Shown piece by piece: positions 29,348 through 39,509 of a stretch of 64,000 nucleotides of DNA. Numbering within the stretch: position 1 is the first letter of the stretch; each line of letters starts with the position of its first letter. This stretch comes from a virus (Duplodnaviria; Caudoviricetes). Where the stretch lies: positions 64,001 to 128,000 of IMG/VR virus record IMGVR_UViG_3300010283_000005; one strand, given 5' to 3'. Below the pieces are notes generated by a model. The model ran no database searches and was not told the DNA's origin. It worked only from the letters and a program-made list of their open reading frames with translations. A program made the translations under genes and the position numbers.

Positions 29348-29538
29348 ATTTTGGTAGGACTTGGAACTCAGGATTTCCTAAGCCGTTCCGCAAGGGGCAA
29401 ACTCCTCTAATCACCTCGTGAGAAGCCGTCAGAAGCTCGTAGAAGCGTTTGATTTGCTTTGGCGAAGGGGCGGAAGGGTGCGAAATCAAAGCGTTCTAGA
29501 GCCTTATAGAAGCCAATTAAATGAAAGGAGATATCAAT

Positions 29539-30303
29539 TTGTATGGCTACATATATGAAACTACTAATCTAATCAATGGCAATAAATACATAGGTCAGCA
29601 TGTATCTGAAGAATTTGATCCTAATTATAAAGGATCAGGCAAGTTACTATGGCGAGCTATCAATAAGTATGGATGGGATAACTTCTCAGTGAGGGTGCTC
29701 TGTCCATGCTTCAGTCAAGAAGAACTAAATGAAGAAGAGATAATGGCTATAGCTCACTTCAACGCAGTAGAATCTACTAATTACTACAACTTAGCAGCTG
29801 GAGGTCAAACTGGTCATCTAGCTGGTAGTAGATTATCTGAAGATACTAAACTCAAGATGAGTCAATCGCATAAAGGATTAATGGTAGGCGAATCAAACCC
29901 TATGTATGGTAGATCTCCTAGTGCACAGACTAGAGCAAAGCTAAGCAAGTCACTACATGGCAAATTAGCTGGTAGTAAGAATCCTAGATATGGATATAAA
30001 ATGACTCCTGAGGAGAATTCTCATTTATCTGAGCTTACTTCAGGGGAGAATAATCCATTCTATGGAAAGAAACACTCTGCAGAATCATTAGCTAAGATGA
30101 GATCAGCTAAGCTAGGAGATCGTAATCCAGGTGCTAATAAAGTCTGGATTACTAGAAATGGTAAGAATAAGAGAGTCCATCCAGATGAACTAGACGTTTA
30201 CATTCAAGAAGGATGGAAGAAAGGAAGGTATGTAACAGATGAAACAAGAAGGAAATGCTCAGAACGAAACCTTAGAAGGTATCACCCAGAGTTATTCAGC
30301 TGA
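29539..30303 (+). CDS. GIY-YIG homing endonuclease (HEG2)
   Basis: TTG start after AAGGAG; YIYETTNLINGNKYIG; NP(M/F)YG NUMOD3-like repeats. Confidence 0.9.
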   Translation: MYGYIYETTNLINGNKYIGQHVSEEFDPNYKGSGKLLWRAINKYGWDNFSVRVLCPCFSQEELNEEEIMAIAHFNAVESTNYYNLAAGGQTGHLAGSRLSEDTKLKMSQSHKGLMVGESNPMYGRSPSAQTRAKLSKSLHGKLAGSKNPRYGYKMTPEENSHLSELTSGENNPFYGKKHSAESLAKMRSAKLGDRNPGANKVWITRNGKNKRVHPDELDVYIQEGWKKGRYVTDETRRKCSERNLRRYHPELFS

Positions 30304-32179
30304 TAAGATCTTAGTCTTGTCTGATTTGGATCATATCAGAACTCGACCGATGATGTATGTCGACTCAGTGGATGATCCTAGACAGCTATTCTCTGAAGCA
30401 TTAGATAATGCTCTAGATGAAGCTCAGTCAGGCTACTCCAAACTCACTGAAGTATTTGTGGATTCTACTTCCCATGAATACACCATTCGAGATTATGGTA
30501 GAGGTATTCCTATTGGTATGAAGACATTACCTGATGGAATTACTAAAGAGACTCTGGAGGTACTGTGTACTAAATCATTCTCAGGTGGTAAATTCAGTGG
30601 AGATAACTACAAGCTACGTGGTGGACTTCATGGCGTAGGACTCGGATGCTGCAATGCATTAGGCGAGAAATTTGAGATTGCTACTCATCGTGATGGTAAG
30701 GCTGTGTATCTGTATTGTGAACGAGGTGAAGTCATGTCACTTCAATATTACAATACTGCTGAAGATAATGGTACAGAGATCACGATTCAGGCTGATCCTG
30801 AGATCTATGATACTGTAATCATTCCTATGGATTACATTATTAATCGATGCCTCGTAGCTAAGGCATTTGGGTATCCAGTTGATCTCTACATAGATGGAGC
30901 TCAGTATCAGCTCCCTGCAGAGACTTTAGCTGATCTAATCCCTAAGGAAGATGCAAATGAGTATGCTCAGTTCGAGGTATCTGCTAGTACAGATTCAGGT
31001 GAATTCATCAAAGTAGTCCTGAAGTACAACTCTGAAACTTCCACTAAGTACTTCGGTTACTCGAATCTGATCTACAATCGATATGGTGGTACTCATACTC
31101 GACTGATTGATCGAGCTATTGAAGAAGTATGGAAGGATTACTACGGAGAGGCTGATGTAATCGAGCTTCGTGACTCAGATTGTAAAGTCGGACTTCGTAC
31201 CTTATGTGCAGTATTCATTAGTGAAGTCGCATTCAGTAGCCAGACTAAAGATAAGCTGACTGTCAAGAATGAAGTAGTCCAGCCTTTGATTGATGCATTC
31301 AAGGTCGAATTCAAGAAGGTACTTGAAGATCAACCTGAACTCCGTAAAGCTTTAATCAAACGATTTGCTGAGTATCGTCAGAGTCAGAATCGACTGACTG
31401 CTCGTAAGGAGATCATGGACTTAGTCAAAGTCAATGGTCGTACTGATTCAGGTACGGTTCGACGCAGATCAATCGTCAATGGATTGATTGAATGTACTTC
31501 TCCGTTCTTAGACGGTACTGAACTGTACCTTGTTGAAGGTAATTCTGCAGGTGGTACTGCTGCTCGAGCTCGTAATAAGAAAACTCAATCAGTACTTCCG
31601 CTGAGAGGTAAAATCAAGAACATCACTTACATGAGTATCGCTCAGGCACTTAAATCTGAAGATATTCGTAAAGTAGTCAATGCTACTGGTGCTGGAGTAG
31701 GCGATGAAACTGATCCTGATCGCTGCAGATATGAGAAGATCATCATCGCTGCAGATGCTGACCCTGATGGTAAGCATATCACTGCACTTCTGATTTCAGT
31801 GTATGTGAATCTGATGCCTGCACTAGTCAAGGCTGGTAGAGTGTACGTACTTGAGCCACCTCTGTTCGGATACATTCAGGATAAGCATTATGTGTTCACC
31901 AATGAATTCGAGGAGATTCCTGAGAAGCTCAGAACTACTAAAGGTTATACTCGATACAAAGGACTTGGTGAGATGGATGATGATGAATTCCGTGATTCTT
32001 GTATGACTCCTGGAAATCAGAATCTCTATCAGGTAGTTTATCCTGAGGATATTGATGCATTCAATCGCATCCTCGGAACTACAGATGGTCGTAGAGAGTT
32101 ACTTGTTAACTTAGGTATTATTCGATATGTCAATGGCAATCAGGACGATGATGATAGCATGACAGACATCGAGGATTAA
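30239..32179 (+). CDS. gyrB: Type IIA topoisomerase subunit B (GyrB/ParE-like)
   Basis: HIRTRPMMY, EALDNALDE, DYGRGIP, GGLHGVG, VEGNSAGG, PLRGK, DADPDG and RYKGLGEM motifs. Confidence 0.93.
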   Translation: MKQEGNAQNETLEGITQSYSADKILVLSDLDHIRTRPMMYVDSVDDPRQLFSEALDNALDEAQSGYSKLTEVFVDSTSHEYTIRDYGRGIPIGMKTLPDGITKETLEVLCTKSFSGGKFSGDNYKLRGGLHGVGLGCCNALGEKFEIATHRDGKAVYLYCERGEVMSLQYYNTAEDNGTEITIQADPEIYDTVIIPMDYIINRCLVAKAFGYPVDLYIDGAQYQLPAETLADLIPKEDANEYAQFEVSASTDSGEFIKVVLKYNSETSTKYFGYSNLIYNRYGGTHTRLIDRAIEEVWKDYYGEADVIELRDSDCKVGLRTLCAVFISEVAFSSQTKDKLTVKNEVVQPLIDAFKVEFKKVLEDQPELRKALIKRFAEYRQSQNRLTARKEIMDLVKVNGRTDSGTVRRRSIVNGLIECTSPFLDGTELYLVEGNSAGGTAARARNKKTQSVLPLRGKIKNITYMSIAQALKSEDIRKVVNATGAGVGDETDPDRCRYEKIIIAADADPDGKHITALLISVYVNLMPALVKAGRVYVLEPPLFGYIQDKHYVFTNEFEEIPEKLRTTKGYTRYKGLGEMDDDEFRDSCMTPGNQNLYQVVYPEDIDAFNRILGTTDGRRELLVNLGIIRYVNGNQDDDDSMTDIED

Positions 32180-32189
32180 GGAGGTATCC

Positions 32190-33077
32190 ATGAAGTACTA
32201 TGCAGTGCGTAAGGGTAGAACTCCAGGTATCTTCATGGATTGGGCATCATGTCAAGAATCAGTAAAGGGCTATAAAGGAGCAGAATTCAAGTCCTTTACT
32301 GACCTTCTTGCTGCTAAATCGTATCTCACTGAGATCAATAATCATGAAGAATACACGATTGACGAGGATACCTTAGTTATATATGTTGACGGTAGCTACA
32401 GAGATCAAGATAAATTAGTAGGTTCAGGAGTAGTAATCCTTGATTCTCAAAATCATATTATGAAGACTACTAGCTTCTCATCTACTAGAGAATCTGACAT
32501 CTCTATGAGAAACGTAGCTGGAGAAGTCAGAGCAGCTATCTATGCTATGCAAGCAACAGCATCTAGCTTATACGAGAAAGTAGTAATCAATTATGATTAT
32601 GAAGGAATTGCTAAGTGGTGCAATGGATCATGGAGTGCTAATACTAAACTCACATTGGAGTATCAGAAGATCTATAGAGATTACAAATCTAATGGATTGA
32701 AGATCTACTTCAATAAGATAGCAGCTCATACAGGAGAAGTCTATAATGAACTAGCAGATATCCTAGCTAAGCAAGCAGTAGGAATCGCTAATCATGACGA
32801 TGTACTAAAGCAGATGATCAACTGCTGCTACTCAAACTATCAGAAACTTGATCATCCTAGTCTAGATTCTAGTAATAGGCTGCTAAAGATGACCGAACAG
32901 ATTAGCCAGTTTCAGCTAGAACTGAAAGCTTCTCAATTACAGTCAGAAATCCTAGCAGATATATCTACTGAAGGTACTCTGCTGAGGATCTACGATGGAT
33001 CAGCTAGCTTGATTATTCAGCTAGAATTTGATGAGAATAATACTATAAAGTTAGGAGATTACTTAGATGATATGTGA
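32190..33077 (+). CDS. rnhA: Ribonuclease HI with N-terminal viroplasmin/hybrid-binding domain
   Basis: KYYAVRKGRTPGIF..W; YVDGS, RNVAGE, DYEG, AHTG..YNELADILAK. Confidence 0.9.
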   Translation: MKYYAVRKGRTPGIFMDWASCQESVKGYKGAEFKSFTDLLAAKSYLTEINNHEEYTIDEDTLVIYVDGSYRDQDKLVGSGVVILDSQNHIMKTTSFSSTRESDISMRNVAGEVRAAIYAMQATASSLYEKVVINYDYEGIAKWCNGSWSANTKLTLEYQKIYRDYKSNGLKIYFNKIAAHTGEVYNELADILAKQAVGIANHDDVLKQMINCCYSNYQKLDHPSLDSSNRLLKMTEQISQFQLELKASQLQSEILADISTEGTLLRIYDGSASLIIQLEFDENNTIKLGDYLDDM

Positions 33078-33648
33078 GAAATGTAACTTATGCAAAGAAG
33101 CCACTAAACAATGCTTCCCATCTGGATCAGATCATCCTTTGATCTATATCGTAGGAGAAGCTCCAGGTAAGGAAGAAGATGAAGCAGGAGTACCATTCGT
33201 AGGCAGATCCGGACAATTACTCCGAGAAGCACTGCGTACCGTAGGAATCTCGGAGGATCAGTTCAGATTATTTAATATCGTTAGATGTATCCCTAGAAAT
33301 AATCGAGGAGTACGAGCTCCTAGCGATGAGGAGAAATCTGCTTGTCATGAGTACCTGTATGCAGATATTGTGAAGCATCAACCTGGAGTTATCCTGACTC
33401 TAGGTGGATCTAGTAGTTCGTATCTTCTTGGAGATAAATTCTCGACAATAACTAGGACTCGAGGTATCTTGAATAGAGATATGACTATCAGCTATCAGTG
33501 GAATGGTAATACCTACAGCTACACTACTGCTATCATCGCCTCATTCCATCCATCTTACCTGCTCCGCAATGGTAAGAATCCTGAGTTAATGGATAAATTG
33601 TATCATGATATCTCTCTAGCTAGAGACTATGCTATAGGTAGAATCTAG
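33067..33648 (+). CDS. Uracil-DNA glycosylase, family 4
   Basis: C..C.LC, VGEAPG.EED..G.PFVGRSG, NIVRC.P and FHPSYLLR motifs. Confidence 0.9.
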   Translation: MICEKCNLCKEATKQCFPSGSDHPLIYIVGEAPGKEEDEAGVPFVGRSGQLLREALRTVGISEDQFRLFNIVRCIPRNNRGVRAPSDEEKSACHEYLYADIVKHQPGVILTLGGSSSSYLLGDKFSTITRTRGILNRDMTISYQWNGNTYSYTTAIIASFHPSYLLRNGKNPELMDKLYHDISLARDYAIGRI

Positions 33649-33677
33649 AGTAATCTAGGTCTACCTTTACGTTTATA
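33648..33677 (+). promoter_or_regulatory. Phage promoter motif (18-nt spacer)
   Basis: GAGT-18 nt-CGTTTATA. Confidence 0.65.
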
Positions 33678-33701
33678 CATTATGGAAAGGATGGTGCTGA
33701 G

Positions 33702-35516
33702 ATGGTGAAACAGTATAACTGGGACTATAATGATTTCAGTAGTGAAGCTCTACTCAAGAGAGCTGATTATCTGCTGGATGTCATTGATAATATACCTAAT
33801 AAAGCTACTAGCAATGATCTGAAGAAACTACCTAAAGGTCGAGTACTCGTGAACTACGGTCCAGCTAGTGGTAAATCTACTGCAATACGTCAGTATTTGT
33901 GCGAAAATCAGATGAACTATATAATCTATGCTACAGCTAGGAAAGCTGATGTAGATTCTATGTACTATGACCTACTTGCAATGAAGGAGAAGGGAGTAAT
34001 CGTCAGGGAGTGTAGAATTGCTAAGTTCCACTCGAATTATGATCCAGGTGAAGATGCTCTAAGAAGTAGTAATATCCTGATCTGTACTCATGAGAGATTG
34101 ATGATTGAACCTCCTTCGATTTTGTATCGATTGACTGGTGATATCCCTAACCATCTAGGTCAAGTGATTCGTAGTGAAATGATTATTGACGAACTTCCTA
34201 AATTCTACAAATCATTCAAGGTCACTGGGACTCTGATGATGGGGCTAGGCTATGTCAATGATCAACTTGATAAATTCAAGTATGATAAGCGTCAGAGACT
34301 AGCCTACCGTTATGCTCGATTCAGGAGTCTGATGGAAGCTTATCTTAATGGTGAGAGGATGAGTACTACTGAATGCGGAGCAGTAGTCAGTCTGATGTCT
34401 GCTTATCAAGGTAGTAACATTGTAATCAACGATAATGATAGAGAACGAGCAGTACGTAAATTCGCATACTTCTCCGATCTGCTAGCAGAGAAACTGCTAG
34501 AATCCACTACAGAAGATGGAGTCATGGATGTTATTGATCGTAATCTGTACTATACTCTGTTAGATATCGAAGTACCTAATATCAAAATCTTCGATGGTAC
34601 AGGAGACCTGATCCTAAGAGGTTCTACTTCGTGGAATATTCAGAAGGATCCTAGATTCAGTCGAGAACTCAAGCTCCGAACTCCAATTCAATCTCTAGAT
34701 GGTACATCTATGATGAGACATGTAGCTAGATCTGAGGATCTAGAATATACTCGAAGTAAGATAGGCAAGTTGATCGATCATATTAGAAGTATCTTATCTC
34801 ATAAGGATGAAAGAGTACTCCTATATACCTGGAAATCGATCAGATTGCACTACAACTACTATGAAGACGAGGATACTGAAGTTGAAGATAATCATACTCC
34901 TGATCTGAAGTATCTTCCTGACTACATTAGAAATCAGTTGACTCCAGATGAGAATGATCGACTAGACATCACTTACTATGGATCAGGTAAGGAGAGAGTC
35001 ACGTCTGAATTCTCGAATTGCAATTCAATTGTGATAGCTGGTAAGTTCTTCATACCTAATTCTGCTATTAGTAATTATAATGAAGTCAACTCTACTGAGA
35101 TCACTTCACTTGATTATACAAAATCACTTATTATTCAAGCTATCTACCGTACTGCAGCTAGGCATAATCAAGCTATCAGTATCTATTTCAGTGATGATTA
35201 CAGTCAAGATTTGATAAATTCTATCATGAGTGAATTCGATAAGATTACTTTAGGAGATACTGAATGTACTGGATTCTATAAATTCAGTCAGATGATTAAT
35301 CATACTTCTAGGAATAAGAAGCATTATGATCATATAGCTAGATACTTCAATCAGATTTATACTGAAGGAGAAGCTATACTTACAGTACCTAAAGGTTCTA
35401 CTGGTAGTTTTACTAGGGATTATAAGATAGCTATTCAGACTTTAGTTAAGGATTCACCTATTATCTATCAGAATATAGATAATAGTAATCAATTCAAATT
35501 ATTATACAAAGGGTGA
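33702..35516 (+). CDS. Divergent SF2 helicase-like P-loop protein
   Basis: GPASGKST, ICTHE, IIDELP, FDGT and IQAIYR motifs. Confidence 0.6.
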   Translation: MVKQYNWDYNDFSSEALLKRADYLLDVIDNIPNKATSNDLKKLPKGRVLVNYGPASGKSTAIRQYLCENQMNYIIYATARKADVDSMYYDLLAMKEKGVIVRECRIAKFHSNYDPGEDALRSSNILICTHERLMIEPPSILYRLTGDIPNHLGQVIRSEMIIDELPKFYKSFKVTGTLMMGLGYVNDQLDKFKYDKRQRLAYRYARFRSLMEAYLNGERMSTTECGAVVSLMSAYQGSNIVINDNDRERAVRKFAYFSDLLAEKLLESTTEDGVMDVIDRNLYYTLLDIEVPNIKIFDGTGDLILRGSTSWNIQKDPRFSRELKLRTPIQSLDGTSMMRHVARSEDLEYTRSKIGKLIDHIRSILSHKDERVLLYTWKSIRLHYNYYEDEDTEVEDNHTPDLKYLPDYIRNQLTPDENDRLDITYYGSGKERVTSEFSNCNSIVIAGKFFIPNSAISNYNEVNSTEITSLDYTKSLIIQAIYRTAARHNQAISIYFSDDYSQDLINSIMSEFDKITLGDTECTGFYKFSQMINHTSRNKKHYDHIARYFNQIYTEGEAILTVPKGSTGSFTRDYKIAIQTLVKDSPIIYQNIDNSNQFKLLYKG

Positions 35517-35604
35517 ATTACCTTACCTTAAAAAGTATATAATAATAAATAATATATTATAATTATTAATTTAATTATAATAGATAGATAAGGAGATAAG
35601 AATT

Positions 35605-35805
35605 ATGAGTAAAGTTAGCATTCAGATGAATGATCAATCTATCAGAGATAGAGTAAAGGAGAATGATGGATACTGTATTTGTTCATTAGTTAGAACTGAA
35701 GATACTAAATGCATGTGTAAGGAATTCAGATCTACTGAAGCTACTTCAGAAGGAGTAACTTGCCATTGTGGATTGTACACTAAGTATCTCAAGGAGGATG
35801 AGTAA
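35605..35805 (+). CDS. Ferredoxin-thioredoxin reductase catalytic-subunit-like small Fe-S protein
   Basis: GYCIC...KCMC...CHCGLY. Confidence 0.7.
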   Translation: MSKVSIQMNDQSIRDRVKENDGYCICSLVRTEDTKCMCKEFRSTEATSEGVTCHCGLYTKYLKEDE

Positions 35806-36707
35806 TGAAGAGAGTCTTATTCACACATATTGATCTCGATGGAGTAGGTAGTAGGCTTATGGTTCAGCTAATCTATCCTGATATTGAGATTTATCATGTA
35901 GATTACAATTTTGAATCAGATATGAATAATCGTAAGATTATGGCTGATGCTGATTCGATCATCTTCACTGATATCTCAATCAATCGAGATATGGCTGAGT
36001 TACTAGAGTCTACTAGACAGCAGGGTAAGGAATTACTGCTGCTTGATCATCATGCATCTGCACTCGAAAATTTAGGTGACTTAGGGTACGAGTGGCTACA
36101 TATAGATACTTCTCAGTCAGGAGCACTACTTGCCTACCATTACTTTGAGAATGAGATCAAGTCTAAGTATCCTAATGATGCTGCCAATTATGAGATAGTC
36201 GCTAAGCTAGTAAGTGACTATGACCTATGGGAGCATAAGTACTCTCAGTCAGTAGTTCTTCAGTTTTACTGGAGCAAGGTAGGCAATGAGGATTTCATCA
36301 GGAGATTCCTTCAGAACTCGAGTGCAGTATTCACTCCTGAGGAGCAATCTCTCATCAAGGAATCTGAGGACGCATTAGCAGAATCGTATCAGATTGCATC
36401 ATCCAATATGGAATGGGAGACTGATAGCTATGGTAGGAAGTGGATCCTGATCAAGAACATCGGATTGATGTACAGCTTAGTAGCATCGAGAATTCTTAAG
36501 GAGAATCCTGATGCAGTCTACTGCGTAGTAATGGGTAAGAAGAATAACCTCAGTTTTAGAAGTACTGGATTTGATGTCAAGTCTATTGCTGAGAAGCTAG
36601 GCGGTGGAGGGCATCCTCAAGCCGCTGGATGCTCGATTCCTCAAGGATTGATTGATATTCCATCATCAGTCAATTATCAGGAATGGGCTGAATATCCGTT
36701 CAAGTAG
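35805..36707 (+). CDS. DHH/DHHA1 phosphoesterase
   Basis: THIDLDG, TD, LDHH, DYDLW, SFRS and GGGGHPQAAG motifs. Confidence 0.9.
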   Translation: MKRVLFTHIDLDGVGSRLMVQLIYPDIEIYHVDYNFESDMNNRKIMADADSIIFTDISINRDMAELLESTRQQGKELLLLDHHASALENLGDLGYEWLHIDTSQSGALLAYHYFENEIKSKYPNDAANYEIVAKLVSDYDLWEHKYSQSVVLQFYWSKVGNEDFIRRFLQNSSAVFTPEEQSLIKESEDALAESYQIASSNMEWETDSYGRKWILIKNIGLMYSLVASRILKENPDAVYCVVMGKKNNLSFRSTGFDVKSIAEKLGGGGHPQAAGCSIPQGLIDIPSSVNYQEWAEYPFK

Positions 36708-36727
36708 CTAAATAAAGCTATCGTTCG

Positions 36728-36756
36728 GAGCAAATTAAGTAATTGAGACGTTTATA
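36728..36756 (+). promoter_or_regulatory. Phage promoter motif GAGY-N17-CGTTTATA
   Basis: GAGC-17 nt-CGTTTATA. Confidence 0.75.
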
Positions 36757-36784
36757 CTTGTGAAGTTTGAAAGGAGGTACGTAA

Positions 36785-38647
36785 ATGTCTGATAAAGTGG
36801 TAGAAATTCCTGAGTCTAGAGAAGCTACGGAAATCGTAGGTCAGTGCTACACTGAGTTGTCCAAGTATGTTACTAAGACTAGAGCCTACGCATCTGCAGT
36901 TGATGGACTCAAGACCGTCTATCGTCGAGTAATCTATGCATCTGCTGGTTATCACAAGCGAGTGAAATCTGCGTCCATTGTAGGTGATGCGATCAAATTC
37001 CATCCTCATGGTGATGCATCAGTGTACGATGCTCTAGTTCAGATGACTTGCGAATTTGGTAGATTTCCATTATACGATAAGAAAGGTAACTTTGGTGGAC
37101 AAGGTCAGGGATATGCAGCAATGCGATATACTGAAGCTTGCCTATCTGAGATGGCTAGGCTGATGTATCTTGAGCTTATCGATTATGCTGAAATGATCGA
37201 TGGTGAAGCTGGTTATCCTGAGCCTAAATACCTTCCTGCATTGATTCCTTATTGTCTGCTGGTAGGTACTACTGCAATTCCAGTAGGTATGCCAGTGCCT
37301 AATATTCCATCGTTCAATGCGATCGAGTTGATCGATTATTACATCGGAATGCTGGAAGGTACTAATCCTCAGTATCCTACTCCTGACTTAGGAGAGATCA
37401 TCTTGGATTGTGGCAGAGAGGATGTCATCAATCCTTTGATCAAGAATGGCGAGGGTAGGCTGTGGTACAAAGGGCTCATCATTCAGGAAGATACAAATAA
37501 GTTTGTAGTCACTGCTGAAACTCCTAACTGCAATTTCTGGAAGTTGAAGAGTAAGGTTGACCACTGGATCGATCAGGAAGTTCTTGATTACATTGATGAG
37601 ACTGATGGTAATGGTGATCGTCATGTCTTCATCATTACTAATCCTGCTAAGCTAAGTCCTGATGAGCTCAAACATACTCTTGAGAGAGCACTGAAATGCT
37701 CAGTCAACTATAGATTCATTCTTGAGGATAATGAGCATGCGATCTACTGCGGATTCGATGACATCGTTGCCAAGAATCTTAAGTATCTGAGAGAATGCGC
37801 AGTACGTAAGTTCCAGGATTGTTCTCAGAAGACTCAGTCTCGATTGAGCATTCTGCAAGCAATCAGAGATTTCAAGAATGCTGGATATGTTGATGGAATG
37901 GATAAGCGTTCTGATGAAGATGCTATTGCTAAAGTGGTAAGCTTAGGCTATGAGGAGTGGGTCGGTAAGACTATGCTTGATAAGCCTATGAAGTATCTGA
38001 CTCGATCTCATGATGAAGAGATTGTAGCACTGCAGGACGAATTAGCATCATATCAGAATTACCTTGCTAATCCTGATGAGTACTTGCTGACACTCTATCA
38101 TAGACTTAGAGATATGGTACTGCCAATCTACAATAAGAAAGGTCATAGTATCGTAGCTTCTGAGCTTGCTAATATCAAGCCTAAGTATGCTAAGTTGGAT
38201 ATTGATGCTCAGCTGATCCAAATCTCTGAGGATGCTGAGGGAGGAGTTCAGTGGAATAGACAGTTGTTCTTAGTAGCAAATGAAGGTACGGTGACTAGCA
38301 AATATGTTGCATCAAGAACTGCTACTGATGTGGATTTGACTTCAGAAGAGGTCAGATATTCAGGAATCGGCTCTGATAAGGGTAAATACCTAGTAGTAGT
38401 CCTTGATCGTAATTTGTTCGTTAAGCAGATCGATAGCCTAGGTGGATCTAGACAGAGATTCAAATCCTGGGATGGTCTAGAAGTGACTAAGGTATTCACT
38501 TCTAAGTCCGAAGATATTAGAGTGATCGATGAACGAGGTAACTCAATTGATATCCATCTGGCGGATTGGGAGAAGTCCCGAATCTCAAATCCGATCAGAG
38601 CTACTAAATATACAATTACGGAGATCCAGGAGATTGAGCGTAGTTGA
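36785..38647 (+). CDS. gyrA: Type IIA topoisomerase subunit A (GyrA/ParC-like)
   Basis: DGLKTVYRR, KSASIVG, FHPHGD, GNFG and AAMRYTE motifs; short C-terminal domain with no GyrA-box seen. Confidence 0.9.
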   Translation: MSDKVVEIPESREATEIVGQCYTELSKYVTKTRAYASAVDGLKTVYRRVIYASAGYHKRVKSASIVGDAIKFHPHGDASVYDALVQMTCEFGRFPLYDKKGNFGGQGQGYAAMRYTEACLSEMARLMYLELIDYAEMIDGEAGYPEPKYLPALIPYCLLVGTTAIPVGMPVPNIPSFNAIELIDYYIGMLEGTNPQYPTPDLGEIILDCGREDVINPLIKNGEGRLWYKGLIIQEDTNKFVVTAETPNCNFWKLKSKVDHWIDQEVLDYIDETDGNGDRHVFIITNPAKLSPDELKHTLERALKCSVNYRFILEDNEHAIYCGFDDIVAKNLKYLRECAVRKFQDCSQKTQSRLSILQAIRDFKNAGYVDGMDKRSDEDAIAKVVSLGYEEWVGKTMLDKPMKYLTRSHDEEIVALQDELASYQNYLANPDEYLLTLYHRLRDMVLPIYNKKGHSIVASELANIKPKYAKLDIDAQLIQISEDAEGGVQWNRQLFLVANEGTVTSKYVASRTATDVDLTSEEVRYSGIGSDKGKYLVVVLDRNLFVKQIDSLGGSRQRFKSWDGLEVTKVFTSKSEDIRVIDERGNSIDIHLADWEKSRISNPIRATKYTITEIQEIERS

Positions 38648-39155
38648 TCTGACATTCAAGTTCTGCAATTTCAAGCCAGTATCAGTAAACGATGCTTACG
38701 TGCCTACTGCTAGGAAACGTAAGAAATATGGTGGAGGATTTGGAGGAGCATTCCTGAGAAAATCTGATGCATTGAGGAACTGGCAAGATAAGATTCAGAA
38801 ATCCTTCGATGATGAATTCTTCTATACAAAAGATTATCTTGATACCTTAGCTTCATGGATCAATGGCATGAAGCTAGGCTTGAATCTGCAACTTAAAATA
38901 AGTATTCCTGAGGAGGAGTACTGGTCAGAGGATTATACTTTATACCGAAATGATGCTAGTAATTTCATCAAAGCAATCGAGGACTCTGTCGCTAGGGGAA
39001 TCGGAGTTGATGATACTAAGAATATCAGAGTAATGGTAGAGAAGGGATATAACGAGGATGGAATCTGGTACATAGAAGCTCACCTGTCAGAGACTTCTAC
39101 AAATAATAAGATCGACGTAGACATACGTGGTGCATACTATAATCAGGAGGAATAA
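38634..39155 (+). CDS. RusA-like Holliday junction resolvase
   Basis: PVSVN...RNDASNFIKAIEDS...GVDD; start codon uncertain. Confidence 0.75.
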   Translation: MSVVDLTFKFCNFKPVSVNDAYVPTARKRKKYGGGFGGAFLRKSDALRNWQDKIQKSFDDEFFYTKDYLDTLASWINGMKLGLNLQLKISIPEEEYWSEDYTLYRNDASNFIKAIEDSVARGIGVDDTKNIRVMVEKGYNEDGIWYIEAHLSETSTNNKIDVDIRGAYYNQEE

Positions 39156-39158
39156 ACT

Positions 39159-39494
39159 ATGGCTAATGAAATTCGAATTGATGACATGGCTACTAAAGTA
39201 GCTGAATCACTGAAAACTTCTGGAATTGAGATGAGTGATTCAGTAGTCAAGCTTATCATTGAAGGCTATGTCACTCAGAAACGTGAGCAGTTCCTTATGG
39301 GTAACGCAGTAGTCGAAGATGGCATTGGTACTCAGAGACCTGGCTATCGTCGAGTATCTAATGCATTCAATCCAAGATACCCGTACACTGCTAAGATGAT
39401 TACTGATATCGATTATGGGCTGAAAGATGCTATCATCGAGAAACTCAGTACTGATGGAGAATTCCGAGTAGCAGTAGGTGCTACCGAATTATAA
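39159..39494 (+). CDS. HU/IHF-like DNA-binding protein (divergent)
   Basis: Helical N-terminus, then G..V...GIGT...R....FNP pattern. Confidence 0.45.
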   Translation: MANEIRIDDMATKVAESLKTSGIEMSDSVVKLIIEGYVTQKREQFLMGNAVVEDGIGTQRPGYRRVSNAFNPRYPYTAKMITDIDYGLKDAIIEKLSTDGEFRVAVGATEL

Positions 39495-39509
39495 GGAGGA
39501 TAAACTAAT

